From positions 1 to 41,944 of the forward strand of contig CAXSGP010000034.1 of the NCBI GenBank assembly GCA_964236955.1: a stretch of DNA of 41,944 nucleotides, read 5' to 3'. Made by a program: the position numbers and the translations under genes. Origin of the DNA: an uncultured Oligoflexus sp. Its GTDB lineage: Bacteria; Bdellovibrionota_B; Oligoflexia; Oligoflexales; Oligoflexaceae. Below, piece by piece: positions 26,849 through 36,994 of the stretch. The notes under the pieces were generated by a model that did not search any database, was not told the origin of the DNA, and was given only the letters and a program-made list of their open reading frames with translations. How positions within the stretch are numbered: position 1 is the stretch's first letter; the number at the start of each line of letters is the position of its first letter.

Positions 26849-27835
26849 TTAGAATTGCGATTCGCGGGGTGCATGGCCCGCTAGAGTCATCGCCGTCATC
26901 GGTCTCAGAGCCAGCAAAGGCCTTTGCCGGACCGGACAGGCCTCGACATCGCAGGTACTGCAAAAATCCCGGTAACAGGGATCGACGTGAAAATTGATTT
27001 CGCCATCGCCGTCGTAATCGGCGATCACATCGTTTTCAAATTGGGTGGTGAAAGGATGGGCTTCACCCACGCTCCAGAATTCAGGGAGGACGAGATGACA
27101 ATCGACATGATGAAAACGCCCGCTGCGGATCACCTTGGTCATATGAATATCGATGACACCGGGCCGGCGGTTTTTATTGAAAGTCGTGGCCAGGTGTTCG
27201 AGAGTTTCGGGATCGGTTTCGTCGATAAGAGCCGCCGTGGAACGTCGAAAAATCCGGTAGCCGGAATAGGAAAGATTTATCGCGATGAGCAGGGCGGCTA
27301 TAGAGTCGAAGGCGGCCACCTGAAAAATGCGCACCAGACCAAGTCCAGCGAAGGCTCCTAGCGTCGACCAGACATCGGAGAGGATGTGCTGCGCACTGGC
27401 TATGAGAGCTTCGGAACGCTGCTTTTTCCCGATGCGCCCGAGGTAAAGACCGAGGACCAGATTCGCTAAGGCGGCGATGCCGGAGAAGAGCAGGCCCTCG
27501 TCAAGATTATGAAGAGTGGCCCCGGTCCAAAGAGCCTGAATCGCCTCCTTCGCAATGACCAATCCGGCAAAGGCGATAAGACCACCTTCAAATGCGGCAG
27601 AAAAGTACTCAAGTTTGCCATGGCCATACGGATGATTCTCATCAGCGGGGGCAACGATAACCTTCATGATAATGAGAGTAACACCGGCCGCGACGACATT
27701 GATGATACTTTCCATAGCATCAGAAAGTATGGCTGTGGATCCGGTTTGTTGAAAGGCATAGAATTTTAGGCCTAATATCGCAAGGCTGGCGATGAAGGCT
27801 ATCACTGTTGCTTTTCGACTGGCTTCCATTGGCAT
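26849..27835 (-). CDS. Cation diffusion facilitator (CDF) transporter with Cys-rich tail
   Basis: SDAMES, PADENHPYGHGKLEY, HILSDVW, HVDPC; start uncertain (27829, 27835 or 27913). Confidence 0.9.
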   Translation of the reverse strand: MPMEASRKATVIAFIASLAILGLKFYAFQQTGSTAILSDAMESIINVVAAGVTLIIMKVIVAPADENHPYGHGKLEYFSAAFEGGLIAFAGLVIAKEAIQALWTGATLHNLDEGLLFSGIAALANLVLGLYLGRIGKKQRSEALIASAQHILSDVWSTLGAFAGLGLVRIFQVAAFDSIAALLIAINLSYSGYRIFRRSTAALIDETDPETLEHLATTFNKNRRPGVIDIHMTKVIRSGRFHHVDCHLVLPEFWSVGEAHPFTTQFENDVIADYDGDGEINFHVDPCYRDFCSTCDVEACPVRQRPLLALRPMTAMTLAGHAPRESQF

Positions 27836-27967
27836 CCTTGGAGAAACTCGGGCTTGGGCTATTGACTCGGCATTATAACGAGCTGCACGGCTTAACCAAT
27901 GAGAAAATCCCAATTTGCTTGTCGAAAATAATTCTAACCCTATGGCGCGCTAAAGAGTGCATAGCTA

Positions 27968-28504
27968 TTATATGCAGTACTCATCCCGCTTGTTTGCATG
28001 CATCGACCGTATCATCAGAATCTGACGTTTCAGATCATCCATCTCCTTTCTTTTTTTCGAATCGATTTTATCACCGAGACCAATCATGATCTCCTTGATC
28101 TGATTTTGCCTATAGGTAATAGCGAGCACGCGCGTGAGAACGAGGTGAAGTTCATCAGGGCTGAGAGGCTTCATCAGGAAATCCATGGCGCCGAGTCGCA
28201 CAGCTTTCATCATGTATTCAGGGCCGTCAAAACCTGTTAGGAAAATAAAAGGCACGTCGATTCCCTGAATGTGGCAGCGTGAGAGAAGATCGAGTCCGCT
28301 ACGGCCCTGCATGCGAATATCGGAAAGCACGACTGCGACCGGAGTCTGCTGCAGAATCACCATCGCGTCTTCCGCCGATGCTGCCTCCACAGTATTTGCA
28401 CCCATGCGTTCGAGAGTCAAGCTGATGACTTCCCTAACCCCGGTGTCGTCGTCGACGACAAGGATATTCGGTATTGATTTGAAGGTATCGGAGAAATTTT
28501 CCAT
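27968..28504 (-). CDS. Response regulator (receiver domain plus short helical tail)
   Basis: LVVDDD, LSDIRM, FLTG, FLMKP; no recognisable DNA-binding output domain. Confidence 0.88.
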   Translation of the reverse strand: MENFSDTFKSIPNILVVDDDTGVREVISLTLERMGANTVEAASAEDAMVILQQTPVAVVLSDIRMQGRSGLDLLSRCHIQGIDVPFIFLTGFDGPEYMMKAVRLGAMDFLMKPLSPDELHLVLTRVLAITYRQNQIKEIMIGLGDKIDSKKRKEMDDLKRQILMIRSMHANKRDEYCI

Positions 28505-28769
28505 GACTGTCTCCCTTTAAAACGACGAGAAAACTATTCTGTCTCCTGTTTCTTACAGTGTAACAGAAGATGAATCCGCACTGTCACCTTTCTTTCAGGC
28601 AGGCAAACCACGACCACAATTCACTTTGAAAAAAAATTGAAAACTGTTTTGGACTGCGTTCCAGGGTCGGAATGCGGGATAAAATTCACTGATCTAAAAC
28701 TAGGGCATTGCTCTCTGAAAGTTCTTGAACTAGTGTCTTTAAATATTATCGTCTTGCCTGGAGGTCTCA

Positions 28770-30137
28770 ATGTTTCAATTTAGAAATCTGAGTGTTGCCA
28801 CATTCCTGTGTTTTGCGCCGTTCGCCCAAGCATCAACGGTTGCCATTATTGATTCCGGGGTCGACATCAGGCACCCGGATCTTTCCAATAAGATCTGGAT
28901 CAATCCTGGCGAGACCTTGAACATGAAAGATGACGATAGCAATGGCTACGTCGACGATATCAATGGTTGGAATTTTTTTGCCAATTCCAACGAGATCATC
29001 GATCTCAAGTATTCCTCGCTGTACAACGAAGAGATCGGCAGGTTTTTTGATATTCAGGAAAAATATCTGCTCGGCGATGCAACAGCCGAAGAGATCGCTT
29101 GGATCAAAGGGAAGACGGCCGACTCGGAATTCGTAAAGGGTCTATCGAAATACGGAACCTTTGTCCATGGTACCCATGTCGCCGGCATCGCCAGCTCAGG
29201 CAACCCCGATGCGAAGATCCTGACGATCCGACTGGTACCCGTTGATAACCCTTTTTTAAACCTGAAGAAAGACCTGATCGCTGCCAACCGCGACAATCGC
29301 GAACTGAGCTTTTTCAAGAAGCTGCTGATAAAAGGCGGCCTCTCTCTCCTCGCTAAAGCCCAAGGATCGGCCTTTGGACTCATCGGTACTTACGCCAATG
29401 CCGTTCATGCGGATGTTGCCAATGCTTCGCTCGGGGTCGGGGTCGCCCAGGCCCGTATTCTTGTGGTGCCATTGATCAAACTCGGTGGGGGCGAAGAGTC
29501 CGATAAGGCCCTTATAGACGAGATGGCGGTCTACTTCGTCACGGAAGCGGTCAAGGCTCAGCAATCTCTCGCCACGTCCTCGAAGGCGACCCTGTTTGTT
29601 TATGCCTCTGGTAATGAAGCTTCGGATAACGATGTGTTCCCCACATCACCGGCCAACTCGGGGCTTGAAAACACCATGTCCGTGGGCGCGTCGATCGACT
29701 ACAAAGGCATCGCGAGCTTCTCGAATTTTGGCAGGAAAACTGTTGATGTCCTCGCCCCAGGCGTTGGAATCGTGTCTTCTGTTCCTGGCAATGGCCACAT
29801 GGCGCTTTCAGGAACCAGCCAGGCAGCCCCCTTCGTTGCGGGTGTCGCAGCCGGCATCAAGGATGCGAACCCGGCATTGGCCCCTAAAGACATGAAAGCT
29901 ATTCTCATTGGCACCGTTGATATCAAAGCTGATCTCAAAAACAAGGTTTTATCCTCGGGCATCGTCAACCGAGAGCGCGCTTTGCGCGCCGCAGAATTAT
30001 CGACGTCGCTTAGCATTGCTAAAGCGATCAAGGCAGCCCGCAAAGAAGTTCCTGATCACGAAGTTAACGAGACCATTGTCAATGAGTTTGACGTGACTCC
30101 GACTCCCATCGGATCACCCATTATTTCAGCTGAATGA
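28770..30137 (+). CDS. Secreted S8 (subtilisin-like) serine peptidase
   Basis: Signal peptide ending AQA; triad AIIDSGVD, HGTHVAG, SGTSQAAP; oxyanion ASGN. Confidence 0.93.
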   Translation: MFQFRNLSVATFLCFAPFAQASTVAIIDSGVDIRHPDLSNKIWINPGETLNMKDDDSNGYVDDINGWNFFANSNEIIDLKYSSLYNEEIGRFFDIQEKYLLGDATAEEIAWIKGKTADSEFVKGLSKYGTFVHGTHVAGIASSGNPDAKILTIRLVPVDNPFLNLKKDLIAANRDNRELSFFKKLLIKGGLSLLAKAQGSAFGLIGTYANAVHADVANASLGVGVAQARILVVPLIKLGGGEESDKALIDEMAVYFVTEAVKAQQSLATSSKATLFVYASGNEASDNDVFPTSPANSGLENTMSVGASIDYKGIASFSNFGRKTVDVLAPGVGIVSSVPGNGHMALSGTSQAAPFVAGVAAGIKDANPALAPKDMKAILIGTVDIKADLKNKVLSSGIVNRERALRAAELSTSLSIAKAIKAARKEVPDHEVNETIVNEFDVTPTPIGSPIISAE

Positions 30138-30222
30138 TATCCAGTATCCTTAAATTACCTAAGAACGGCTGCAGCCCATTGACTCGCAAGGTCTTTGGGT
30201 CATGAATGCAGCAGCACAATCG

Positions 30223-30254
30223 AAAAAGCCTTCCACCAAAGGTCGAAGGCTTTT
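30223..30254. terminator. Bidirectional Rho-independent terminator
   Basis: AAAAAGCCTTC...GAAGGCTTTT between convergent genes. Confidence 0.7.
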
Positions 30255-30273
30255 CCCGCAAGGGCTTGAGTGT

Positions 30274-31020
30274 TTAGGGTGTGAGAAGTTCAGTCAAAGT
30301 GTTCACGACAAGGGAACTTAAACTGCTGTCGCTTCCGCCTTCAGACGTTTCGACAACATTAACTTCCACAGCAATCGAATCGCTGATAAGAGCAAATTCT
30401 TCCATCGTGCCTTTGAATTCTAAAACCTTATCGAATTTTTGATCATACGACTTGGTTAATTTGAGACCAGGCCCACCTTCCGCGAGATTCGCGATATTCC
30501 AAGTGCTTTGGTAGCGCGCCGGTTCGAGACTGGGGCGACTGCTACCAACCGTGAGGACCATCCCCACACGAACAGGACCTTGCTCTGCACTCGGCAGTAT
30601 CACACCGACCAAATAAGCGCCTGTGATCTTATGAGGAGCTGTTACTGAACCCTCCTCAGTATCCAAAGGCTCAGTTGGTACGGTTACCACAGCTTTCTCA
30701 GGATCATTTCCTTTGCCTGGCTGATTCCCTTTAGCTTGATTCTCTAACTCTGGATTGACTTGCCCATTTCCTCCTTGCCCACTGGTCTGCTGCTCTCCGT
30801 TGACGTCATCACCCTCACTCACGTTCACCGTTGCTACGATCGGCTCCGCCTGATTCTTTGCCGGTTCCCTTTCACCACCCACATTTATGTCTCTAATTGA
30901 GTCTGCGGTGTCGGGAACCTGGCCATTCCTGGGGTTTCGATCTTGGTTCCCCTGTTGGTTGGGGTCCCCCGAACAGGCCCAGACGAATCCAAGCCCTATC
31001 AATAAGATGCGATGTTTCAC
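30274..31020 (-). CDS. Hypothetical lipoprotein with disordered N-terminal half
   Basis: GTG start, GGAGG RBS, MKHRILLIGLGFVWAC lipobox, Q/N/G/E-rich linker, beta-rich C-terminal domain. Confidence 0.7.
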   Translation of the reverse strand: MKHRILLIGLGFVWACSGDPNQQGNQDRNPRNGQVPDTADSIRDINVGGEREPAKNQAEPIVATVNVSEGDDVNGEQQTSGQGGNGQVNPELENQAKGNQPGKGNDPEKAVVTVPTEPLDTEEGSVTAPHKITGAYLVGVILPSAEQGPVRVGMVLTVGSSRPSLEPARYQSTWNIANLAEGGPGLKLTKSYDQKFDKVLEFKGTMEEFALISDSIAVEVNVVETSEGGSDSSLSSLVVNTLTELLTP

Positions 31021-31044
31021 AGTTTGTTCCTCCCCTCATAGCAG

Positions 31045-31071
31045 CTATCGGCAGTCTTAACAGACACTTGA
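31045..31071 (-). promoter_or_regulatory. Candidate sigma-28 (FliA) promoter
   Basis: Minus strand TCAA-15 nt-GCCGATAG, 25 nt upstream of the GTG start at 31020. Confidence 0.6.
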
Positions 31072-31199
31072 AACAAAGCTGATAGACGGCAAATATCACT
31101 ATGATTTCAATGGATTACAACAGACTTTTGCCCTCCATTCCAGGATCGAAAGACTAGGCCCCAAGACTAAAGATCGGAAAACCGGGCAATCTACCATGC

Positions 31200-31233
31200 A
31201 AAAATCCCATGAATCCGATAGGGTTCATGGGAT
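31200..31233 (-). terminator. Rho-independent terminator of the ABC operon
   Basis: ATCCCATGAATCC/GGGTTCATGGGAT stem, with TTTTT on the minus strand, just after the stop at 31252. Confidence 0.75.
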
Positions 31234-31251
31234 GAAAGAGAAAATACAGGT

Positions 31252-32703
31252 TTAAAAGTTCATCGACAGACTGCCACCGAGAATACTGCGCGTGGTTTTC
31301 TTGGGAAGAGCCACAAGTCTTTTTTGAAGGTCTGGGGACAGAGTCGTCATACCTTGAATGATAGTATCGGGCACCCTAAAGCAAAGTTCACCATATTCTC
31401 CCAGACAATGACTGACGTAAGTCTCGACTGTAATTTGCTTATAGAAGGTATAGGTCGCGGTAAAACGAAGCAAAGCGGTTCGATCACTTAGATTTTGAAC
31501 GGCATTGATAAGGAACGAACTGTCGTCCCAATTGCCAGGCGCGGTCAGTCTGGCGTAAGTTGCGATGTATTGCTTGCCGGAATAGAGAACCTGCGCGCGA
31601 TTCTGAAGTAGTGCATAAAATTCGAGGATACGGCTGTCATAACCCGCTTCATTGGAAAATCCCTCGAGTCCCAAGGTCATATTATCGTCGTCGTTATATT
31701 TCCATACATACTCAATATTGGCGACGGATTGATTGTAGATCTTCTTATCGTCATAAACGATGGAGGGAAACACAGCTTTCTGCAGATCCAGATCACCCTC
31801 AAAGCGGGGACCGGCATCACGGGTCAGCCAGGCTGCTTCAAGATTGACATCAAAGTTCCCAAGCCCTATTCCAAAATCGATGCCGAGGCGCAGCGGTTTG
31901 CCCCGTTTCGTTTGCAGTGAGATCGCAGTCTCACCGGATCTCCCTATCGCGAATTCCCCTCGAAGGGCCAAAGCCACATCATCGTTACGGGCCGTATCAT
32001 CCAGTTGCACGATTGCATAAAGGTTATGCCCGGCTTTCTCCAGGGGGAGATGCAATTTAATCATTTCCTGACCCAGGCGGCGATCGAAGAGGGAAAAGGG
32101 ATCTCTAGCCTCCCGCGCTGTAAAATCGGTGGGATTCCAGAACCGCCCCCTACCCCATTTCACATGCTGCTTACCGGCGGTCACAAACAAAGTGTCGGCG
32201 ACATCCCACTTGAACCAGAGCTCATCGATCGAATTTTGGATCGACGACACGCCTGATTTCTCGGTCGTCGTCGCCACTTTATCATCGGTCGGAAATTTTG
32301 AATTATTTTCTTGGAAACGAAGACGGAAGAAAGCCCGCGTATCTTTGTTGGGACGCGTATCAAAATAAATATCCGCAGTTTTATCCTGTGCGTAAGGGCT
32401 CAACTGAAATCTTTGATCGTCGACTTTGCTGGCGCTGGCCCGCAATTCCAGGCGGCCCCCGATTTGCAGTTTATCGATAAGCTCAGAATCAGCGAAGGCA
32501 TTCGCCGGCTCCTTCGATCTGGGCGTTTCGTCCTTGGGTGCTGCCTTGGCAGGAGAGGAATCATCGGCTGCAGACTTCTTCTCGTCCTTCTCGGGCGCTC
32601 CGAAAAGATCGGCCTCGGAACGGACCTGAGCCTCTGCTTTCGGATTGCCGACCAGGCCTGCCAGTACAGATGCGACGGCAAAAGGAGTAAAAAATCTCTT
32701 CAC
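31252..32703 (-). CDS. Putative outer-membrane beta-barrel protein
   Basis: Signal peptide, alternating beta-strand pattern, TAGKQHVKWG...WNPTD, C-terminal Phe. Confidence 0.7.
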   Translation of the reverse strand: MKRFFTPFAVASVLAGLVGNPKAEAQVRSEADLFGAPEKDEKKSAADDSSPAKAAPKDETPRSKEPANAFADSELIDKLQIGGRLELRASASKVDDQRFQLSPYAQDKTADIYFDTRPNKDTRAFFRLRFQENNSKFPTDDKVATTTEKSGVSSIQNSIDELWFKWDVADTLFVTAGKQHVKWGRGRFWNPTDFTAREARDPFSLFDRRLGQEMIKLHLPLEKAGHNLYAIVQLDDTARNDDVALALRGEFAIGRSGETAISLQTKRGKPLRLGIDFGIGLGNFDVNLEAAWLTRDAGPRFEGDLDLQKAVFPSIVYDDKKIYNQSVANIEYVWKYNDDDNMTLGLEGFSNEAGYDSRILEFYALLQNRAQVLYSGKQYIATYARLTAPGNWDDSSFLINAVQNLSDRTALLRFTATYTFYKQITVETYVSHCLGEYGELCFRVPDTIIQGMTTLSPDLQKRLVALPKKTTRSILGGSLSMNF

Positions 32704-32712
32704 GGGCTTTCC

Positions 32713-33513
32713 TCATCGACTCTGTGATTCAATCCATGCCTTGGTGAACATATTCTTTTCCAACGCTTCGAGATTGACGTTTTGCAGGCGCACTTTGGTC
32801 AACTTTTCGTCTTCCAGGAGATCATAGGCATAGATTTCCTTCGGCACAAAAACGTCGGCACCTTTACTTTTACTGTACATCTTTTCCCAAGCCGGATAAA
32901 GCGATCGCCGCATCAATTTACCGGATAGAGCGGCTTCTTCCCGCTTGAGAATATTCTGACTGGCGGCATCGATCCAAAGTTCGATAATGGGAGCCGCAAC
33001 ATCGGCGCCTGGTTTGACGTTGAACTTGAGACGGTGAACGTCGAATTTGCCAAGTTTTTCATCGGCTACCCACTTGAAGGTGTATTCCTCTTCGAACCGT
33101 GATCGATCAAAATCATCCCGTCGACTGCCGGTGCCGCCGATGCTTGCCCGTTCCGTCTGCCGCTCCCATTTCCCAAGCGCCGGCTCGTAGAGAAGGAGGG
33201 TTTTTTCCTTGCGGAAATAGCCCTTGCCGGCCTCAGCCTTGGGTTTGGTAAACAGAATGATCATCTGCTCATCGGCATCGCGGCGATAAGTTCTGGCCTC
33301 GAATGCTTTCTTAAGTTCATATGGCTCTTTCGCCTTGGGATCTTTGGACTTGTCCCACTGTTCGATGATAACGGTTGACGCGTAATCGCCCTGACTGCGC
33401 TGTCGCTCATCGATGACTGCCACCAGTTTTTTGGTTTCGTCTTCATTCAGTGCCCAGGCTTTTGTAGTGCTGACGAGGAGAAGGGAGACGAGTATAGACC
33501 GATGAATTCGCAT
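32713..33513 (-). CDS. Outer-membrane lipoprotein-sorting (LolA-like) periplasmic protein
   Basis: Signal peptide; ILFTKPKAEAGKGY, LLYEP, IGGT..RRDDF, LWID, FTKAWIE. Confidence 0.75.
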   Translation of the reverse strand: MRIHRSILVSLLLVSTTKAWALNEDETKKLVAVIDERQRSQGDYASTVIIEQWDKSKDPKAKEPYELKKAFEARTYRRDADEQMIILFTKPKAEAGKGYFRKEKTLLLYEPALGKWERQTERASIGGTGSRRDDFDRSRFEEEYTFKWVADEKLGKFDVHRLKFNVKPGADVAAPIIELWIDAASQNILKREEAALSGKLMRRSLYPAWEKMYSKSKGADVFVPKEIYAYDLLEDEKLTKVRLQNVNLEALEKNMFTKAWIESQSR

Positions 33514-33525
33514 AGTTTCGATTCC

Positions 33526-34866
33526 TTATTTGCCGTGCATCAGAGCTTCGACGGGACGCAATTTCGCAGCTTTTAAAGCAGGGTAGAGTGCCGCAACGCC
33601 GGTAAGGCCTGAAAAGAGTAAAAGGGTTGTAAAGAGGTCTTTCGCGTGAAGGTTCACGTTCAGAACGCTCGACATCAAGAAAAGACGCACCCCATCATTG
33701 GTGATAGGAATCTTAAAGGCATTGACTGTTAGGACCAGGACACAGCCGAGGAAGATTCCGACCGCCGCCGCCAGAAAGCCAAGCATCATGGCCTCCAGAA
33801 CAAAGATTGATCCGACGTATCGCTTCCTGGCGCCTATGGCCCGCATCGTCCCTATCTCTTTGATCCGCTCCCGCACGCTCATCCACATCGAGTTCATGAT
33901 GCCGCCGATGATAATCACGCCAAGTACACTGATGACAAAGACCGAAACAAGATCGAGTGCGGATGTAATCCAGAGCACAAAGGAAATCTCATCGCTCCAG
34001 ATCGTCAGATCCAGTTTTTGTCCCAACCAGTCTTCGCCCATGACTTTCTCGAACTTAAGAAAGAAGGGCTGAGGTTCGTGATCGCGAAGAAGAAAACCTC
34101 TCTCCTTGAGGCCGCTGCGGAGTTTTTCCATCACCGCCAGTGAATCGTCGGGATTATTAAGGTAGATCATCACCACACCCGTGGATTTATCGCTCAATCG
34201 ATAGAGGTCGAGTATGGTTTGCCTTGGCACGAAGATGTTATAGTTACTCATAAAACCAACGTCGGAAGCGATGGCGGCGATCTTCAGGTCAACGGTATTG
34301 GACAAGCCGGCGGCTTCCGTCACGACAGTCAGCGAGTCGCCAACCTTGACCTCAAGCTTTTTGGCCTGCGCCGCAAAGATCATCACGCTATCCTTATTGC
34401 GCAGATCCTCAAATTTTCCAAAGGTTTCTTTACTGCCACCCTTTACATATTCCTCTTCTGGAGCGAGCCGTAGCGAATTGAAAAAGCGATCCTCCTGATC
34501 GAAGATGATTCCGTGCATGCCGGCGTTGATGGAAGCCGAGGGACTGATCACACGGCCCCAACCGCGATGGCGGTCGATCATACTTTTATAGTCGGGGACA
34601 ATTTCTTTCACTGCGGCTTTAATCGCCTCGCCATCGGCAAGTAGGGGAGCCGCATCCCTTTTTCGGGCCTTAAAAAACCCACCGACGTTCACATGACCCG
34701 AGGATAAGGTGGTCGACGATTCGATCATGCGCTCGCTGACCGACGACGAAACCGCGCGAAGGATCAGAAACAAACTCGCGACGATCGCAATCGCGAGCCC
34801 GAGCAGTAGAGTCCTTCGACGGGCCTGGAGGAGGTTCCTAAAGGCGATTTCAAGCAACATACGCAC
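33526..34866 (-). CDS. ABC transporter permease (FtsX/MacB/LolE-like)
   Basis: IAFRNLLQARRRTLL, SVRERIKEIGTMRAIGA, YPALKAAKLRPVEAL; start 34860 or 34866. Confidence 0.9.
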   Translation of the reverse strand: MRMLLEIAFRNLLQARRRTLLLGLAIAIVASLFLILRAVSSSVSERMIESSTTLSSGHVNVGGFFKARKRDAAPLLADGEAIKAAVKEIVPDYKSMIDRHRGWGRVISPSASINAGMHGIIFDQEDRFFNSLRLAPEEEYVKGGSKETFGKFEDLRNKDSVMIFAAQAKKLEVKVGDSLTVVTEAAGLSNTVDLKIAAIASDVGFMSNYNIFVPRQTILDLYRLSDKSTGVVMIYLNNPDDSLAVMEKLRSGLKERGFLLRDHEPQPFFLKFEKVMGEDWLGQKLDLTIWSDEISFVLWITSALDLVSVFVISVLGVIIIGGIMNSMWMSVRERIKEIGTMRAIGARKRYVGSIFVLEAMMLGFLAAAVGIFLGCVLVLTVNAFKIPITNDGVRLFLMSSVLNVNLHAKDLFTTLLLFSGLTGVAALYPALKAAKLRPVEALMHGK

Positions 34867-34872
34867 CGGGTA

Positions 34873-36960
34873 CTACTCCTTTTCCTGCATGGCTTCGGCA
34901 GGTTTAACAAGCGCTGCGTGACGGGCAGCAAAAATAGAAGCGACGGTGGCGACCAGGGAGATCACCAGGGGTGAGATGATCACAAGTTTCCATTGCAGTG
35001 AGGGAAATAGCCTCGGGCCCGAGAAAAGAAAGGTCACCACATCATTTGGCGCTGGAATGCCCCGATGATTGAGAATGAGCAGGAATAGAGTCGCCAGCCC
35101 GGCACCGACGATGGAACCGATGAAGCCGGTGATCGCCGTCTCGGCGAGAAACAGCCCTAAGACGAAGGACTTCTGTGCCCCTATCGCCCGCATGGTGCCA
35201 ATCTCCTTGGTTCGATTGAGAGTACCGGTGATGATGGAGTTATTGATGATTACCATTGCGACGAGAAAAATCACGCCGAGGGCAAAGATCAAAACCAGCC
35301 GGACGATGTTGGCAAACTGGCCGACGATACCCGTCGCTTCCTGCCAATCGACAAGTTTGGCGTCGAGGCCGGCTTTCTTAAACATCTGATTTAATTCGGC
35401 ACGGGTCGAGGCAATCTTACTGCCGTCCTTAAGTCTTATCGCTGCGTTCAATGCTAAACCATGCTGGATCTCCTCTAGAGGAAAGGAATCGGAGATCACC
35501 GGTTTTACCCGAATCGTTTCGTGGCTCTTGCCCTGCCCCTCGATATCACGGCTTTCCACTGCAGCCGATGCCGACGCTCCAAAGAGGGCTTCCTCGGCGG
35601 CGGCGGCATTGGTGACGACAGTATTGGAACTTGCCCGCATGGCATAAAGTTCTTTCTTGGATTCCTCGTTCATCTCCCCATAGAGTTCCCGGAAGGTGAC
35701 GAGATCAGTGATATTCATGACCCCCGCGAGGTCTGAGTCCTCAAGCCCTTCGAAGGTGTAGACACCATAGACTTTAAGCGGCACGCTTTTGATATAACCG
35801 CTCTTGGTGTAACTCCTCAGGACGATCGTCTCGCCGGGAGAGATTTCATAGAGTTGCATCGAAGGGGCGATGTGCTCGTAAAACTGGGTGTAGCGTTGCT
35901 GAAAATTCTCATCATCGACGCTGAGGAAAATTATGAGCTGCTCTTTAAGCCCCGCAATCAGTTCGGTCGAGACGGGATTGATGCCTATACTTTTAAGGTA
36001 GGTCGAAAGCTCTTCGGATTTCTTGCGATCGAGGGAAGTCAGAATCTGTTGGTACTGTTTGGGCATATCCGCCGCAGTGGTTTCATTGTCGGGGTCGCCC
36101 TTTATCGTCGTCTGAACTCTTTCGATTCGTTTCTTCAAACGATCAAACAGCCGAGCGACGATTGCCTTGAGTCGGGTCTCGCGCACCTTATAGCTCAGAA
36201 GAATGCCGCGCTGCCCGGGTGCCAAAGGCTGGCCCTCGACGAGTTTGAATTTTGGAAAGTTTTCTTTAAAGAGCTGGATATCGGTCCCGAGATACATAAG
36301 GTAAAGTGCGGGTTTTTCTCCGGAAATCGGCGCAATTCGGGTGTCGAGGAAAAGCAGCTTTTCTTCATCAAGGGTCTTGAGGCCGGCCAGGAAACCGGGA
36401 GCCATCGCCGCTGTGAGATCGCTTCGATAACGGAGCATCAATTCTTTGTCAGAGCTGAGTTTTTCCCTTTCGCTAAGCTCCTTGTCGAGCTGGAGGAGGA
36501 GGAAACGAAGATCCTCCTTGCGTTGCTCAATGATATCGATTTCACCGTTTTTCAGAGCTTTACGAAGCGAGGTCAATATTTCATCAAGCTCGTTGCCCCG
36601 GCCCAGCATCGCCATGTCGCTGCCCATCGGAATGAAGTCCGCGACGTTGGGATGCTGTTTGATTAAATCACGAAACGGCACAATATCGGGCATGGTCCCG
36701 ACATCCGCGCGCCCCATGAAGGCACCACCGAAAAGTGCGAGGTCGTCTTTGGCTTTGCTGCTATAGACTTGCAAATGCCCAGCGACGCTGCTGATGATGC
36801 TGTCCTGCATACTCCGCTCGACATCATGTAAAAGCGATAGGCCCACGATACCGATAAAGGAGCCCATGCAGAGAAGGCCGGCGATCACGAGCGTCTTGAC
36901 CCTATAGAGCCAGAGATTTCGGAACGCGACTTTTATGATCAGAACAAGGGATTCACGCAT
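34873..36960 (-). CDS. ABC transporter permease (FtsX/MacB-like) with enlarged periplasmic domain
   Basis: VAFRNLW, NRTKEIGTMRAIGAQK, AARHAALVKPAEAM; 695 aa. Confidence 0.88.
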   Translation of the reverse strand: MRESLVLIIKVAFRNLWLYRVKTLVIAGLLCMGSFIGIVGLSLLHDVERSMQDSIISSVAGHLQVYSSKAKDDLALFGGAFMGRADVGTMPDIVPFRDLIKQHPNVADFIPMGSDMAMLGRGNELDEILTSLRKALKNGEIDIIEQRKEDLRFLLLQLDKELSEREKLSSDKELMLRYRSDLTAAMAPGFLAGLKTLDEEKLLFLDTRIAPISGEKPALYLMYLGTDIQLFKENFPKFKLVEGQPLAPGQRGILLSYKVRETRLKAIVARLFDRLKKRIERVQTTIKGDPDNETTAADMPKQYQQILTSLDRKKSEELSTYLKSIGINPVSTELIAGLKEQLIIFLSVDDENFQQRYTQFYEHIAPSMQLYEISPGETIVLRSYTKSGYIKSVPLKVYGVYTFEGLEDSDLAGVMNITDLVTFRELYGEMNEESKKELYAMRASSNTVVTNAAAAEEALFGASASAAVESRDIEGQGKSHETIRVKPVISDSFPLEEIQHGLALNAAIRLKDGSKIASTRAELNQMFKKAGLDAKLVDWQEATGIVGQFANIVRLVLIFALGVIFLVAMVIINNSIITGTLNRTKEIGTMRAIGAQKSFVLGLFLAETAITGFIGSIVGAGLATLFLLILNHRGIPAPNDVVTFLFSGPRLFPSLQWKLVIISPLVISLVATVASIFAARHAALVKPAEAMQEKE

Positions 36961-36994
36961 CTCAGACCCTTTGCGGGAAGTTTTAATCTAAAGA

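Noticed and set aside
35854..36666. 270-aa antisense ORF
   Set aside because: Lies opposite the ABC permease with no motifs; shadow ORF.
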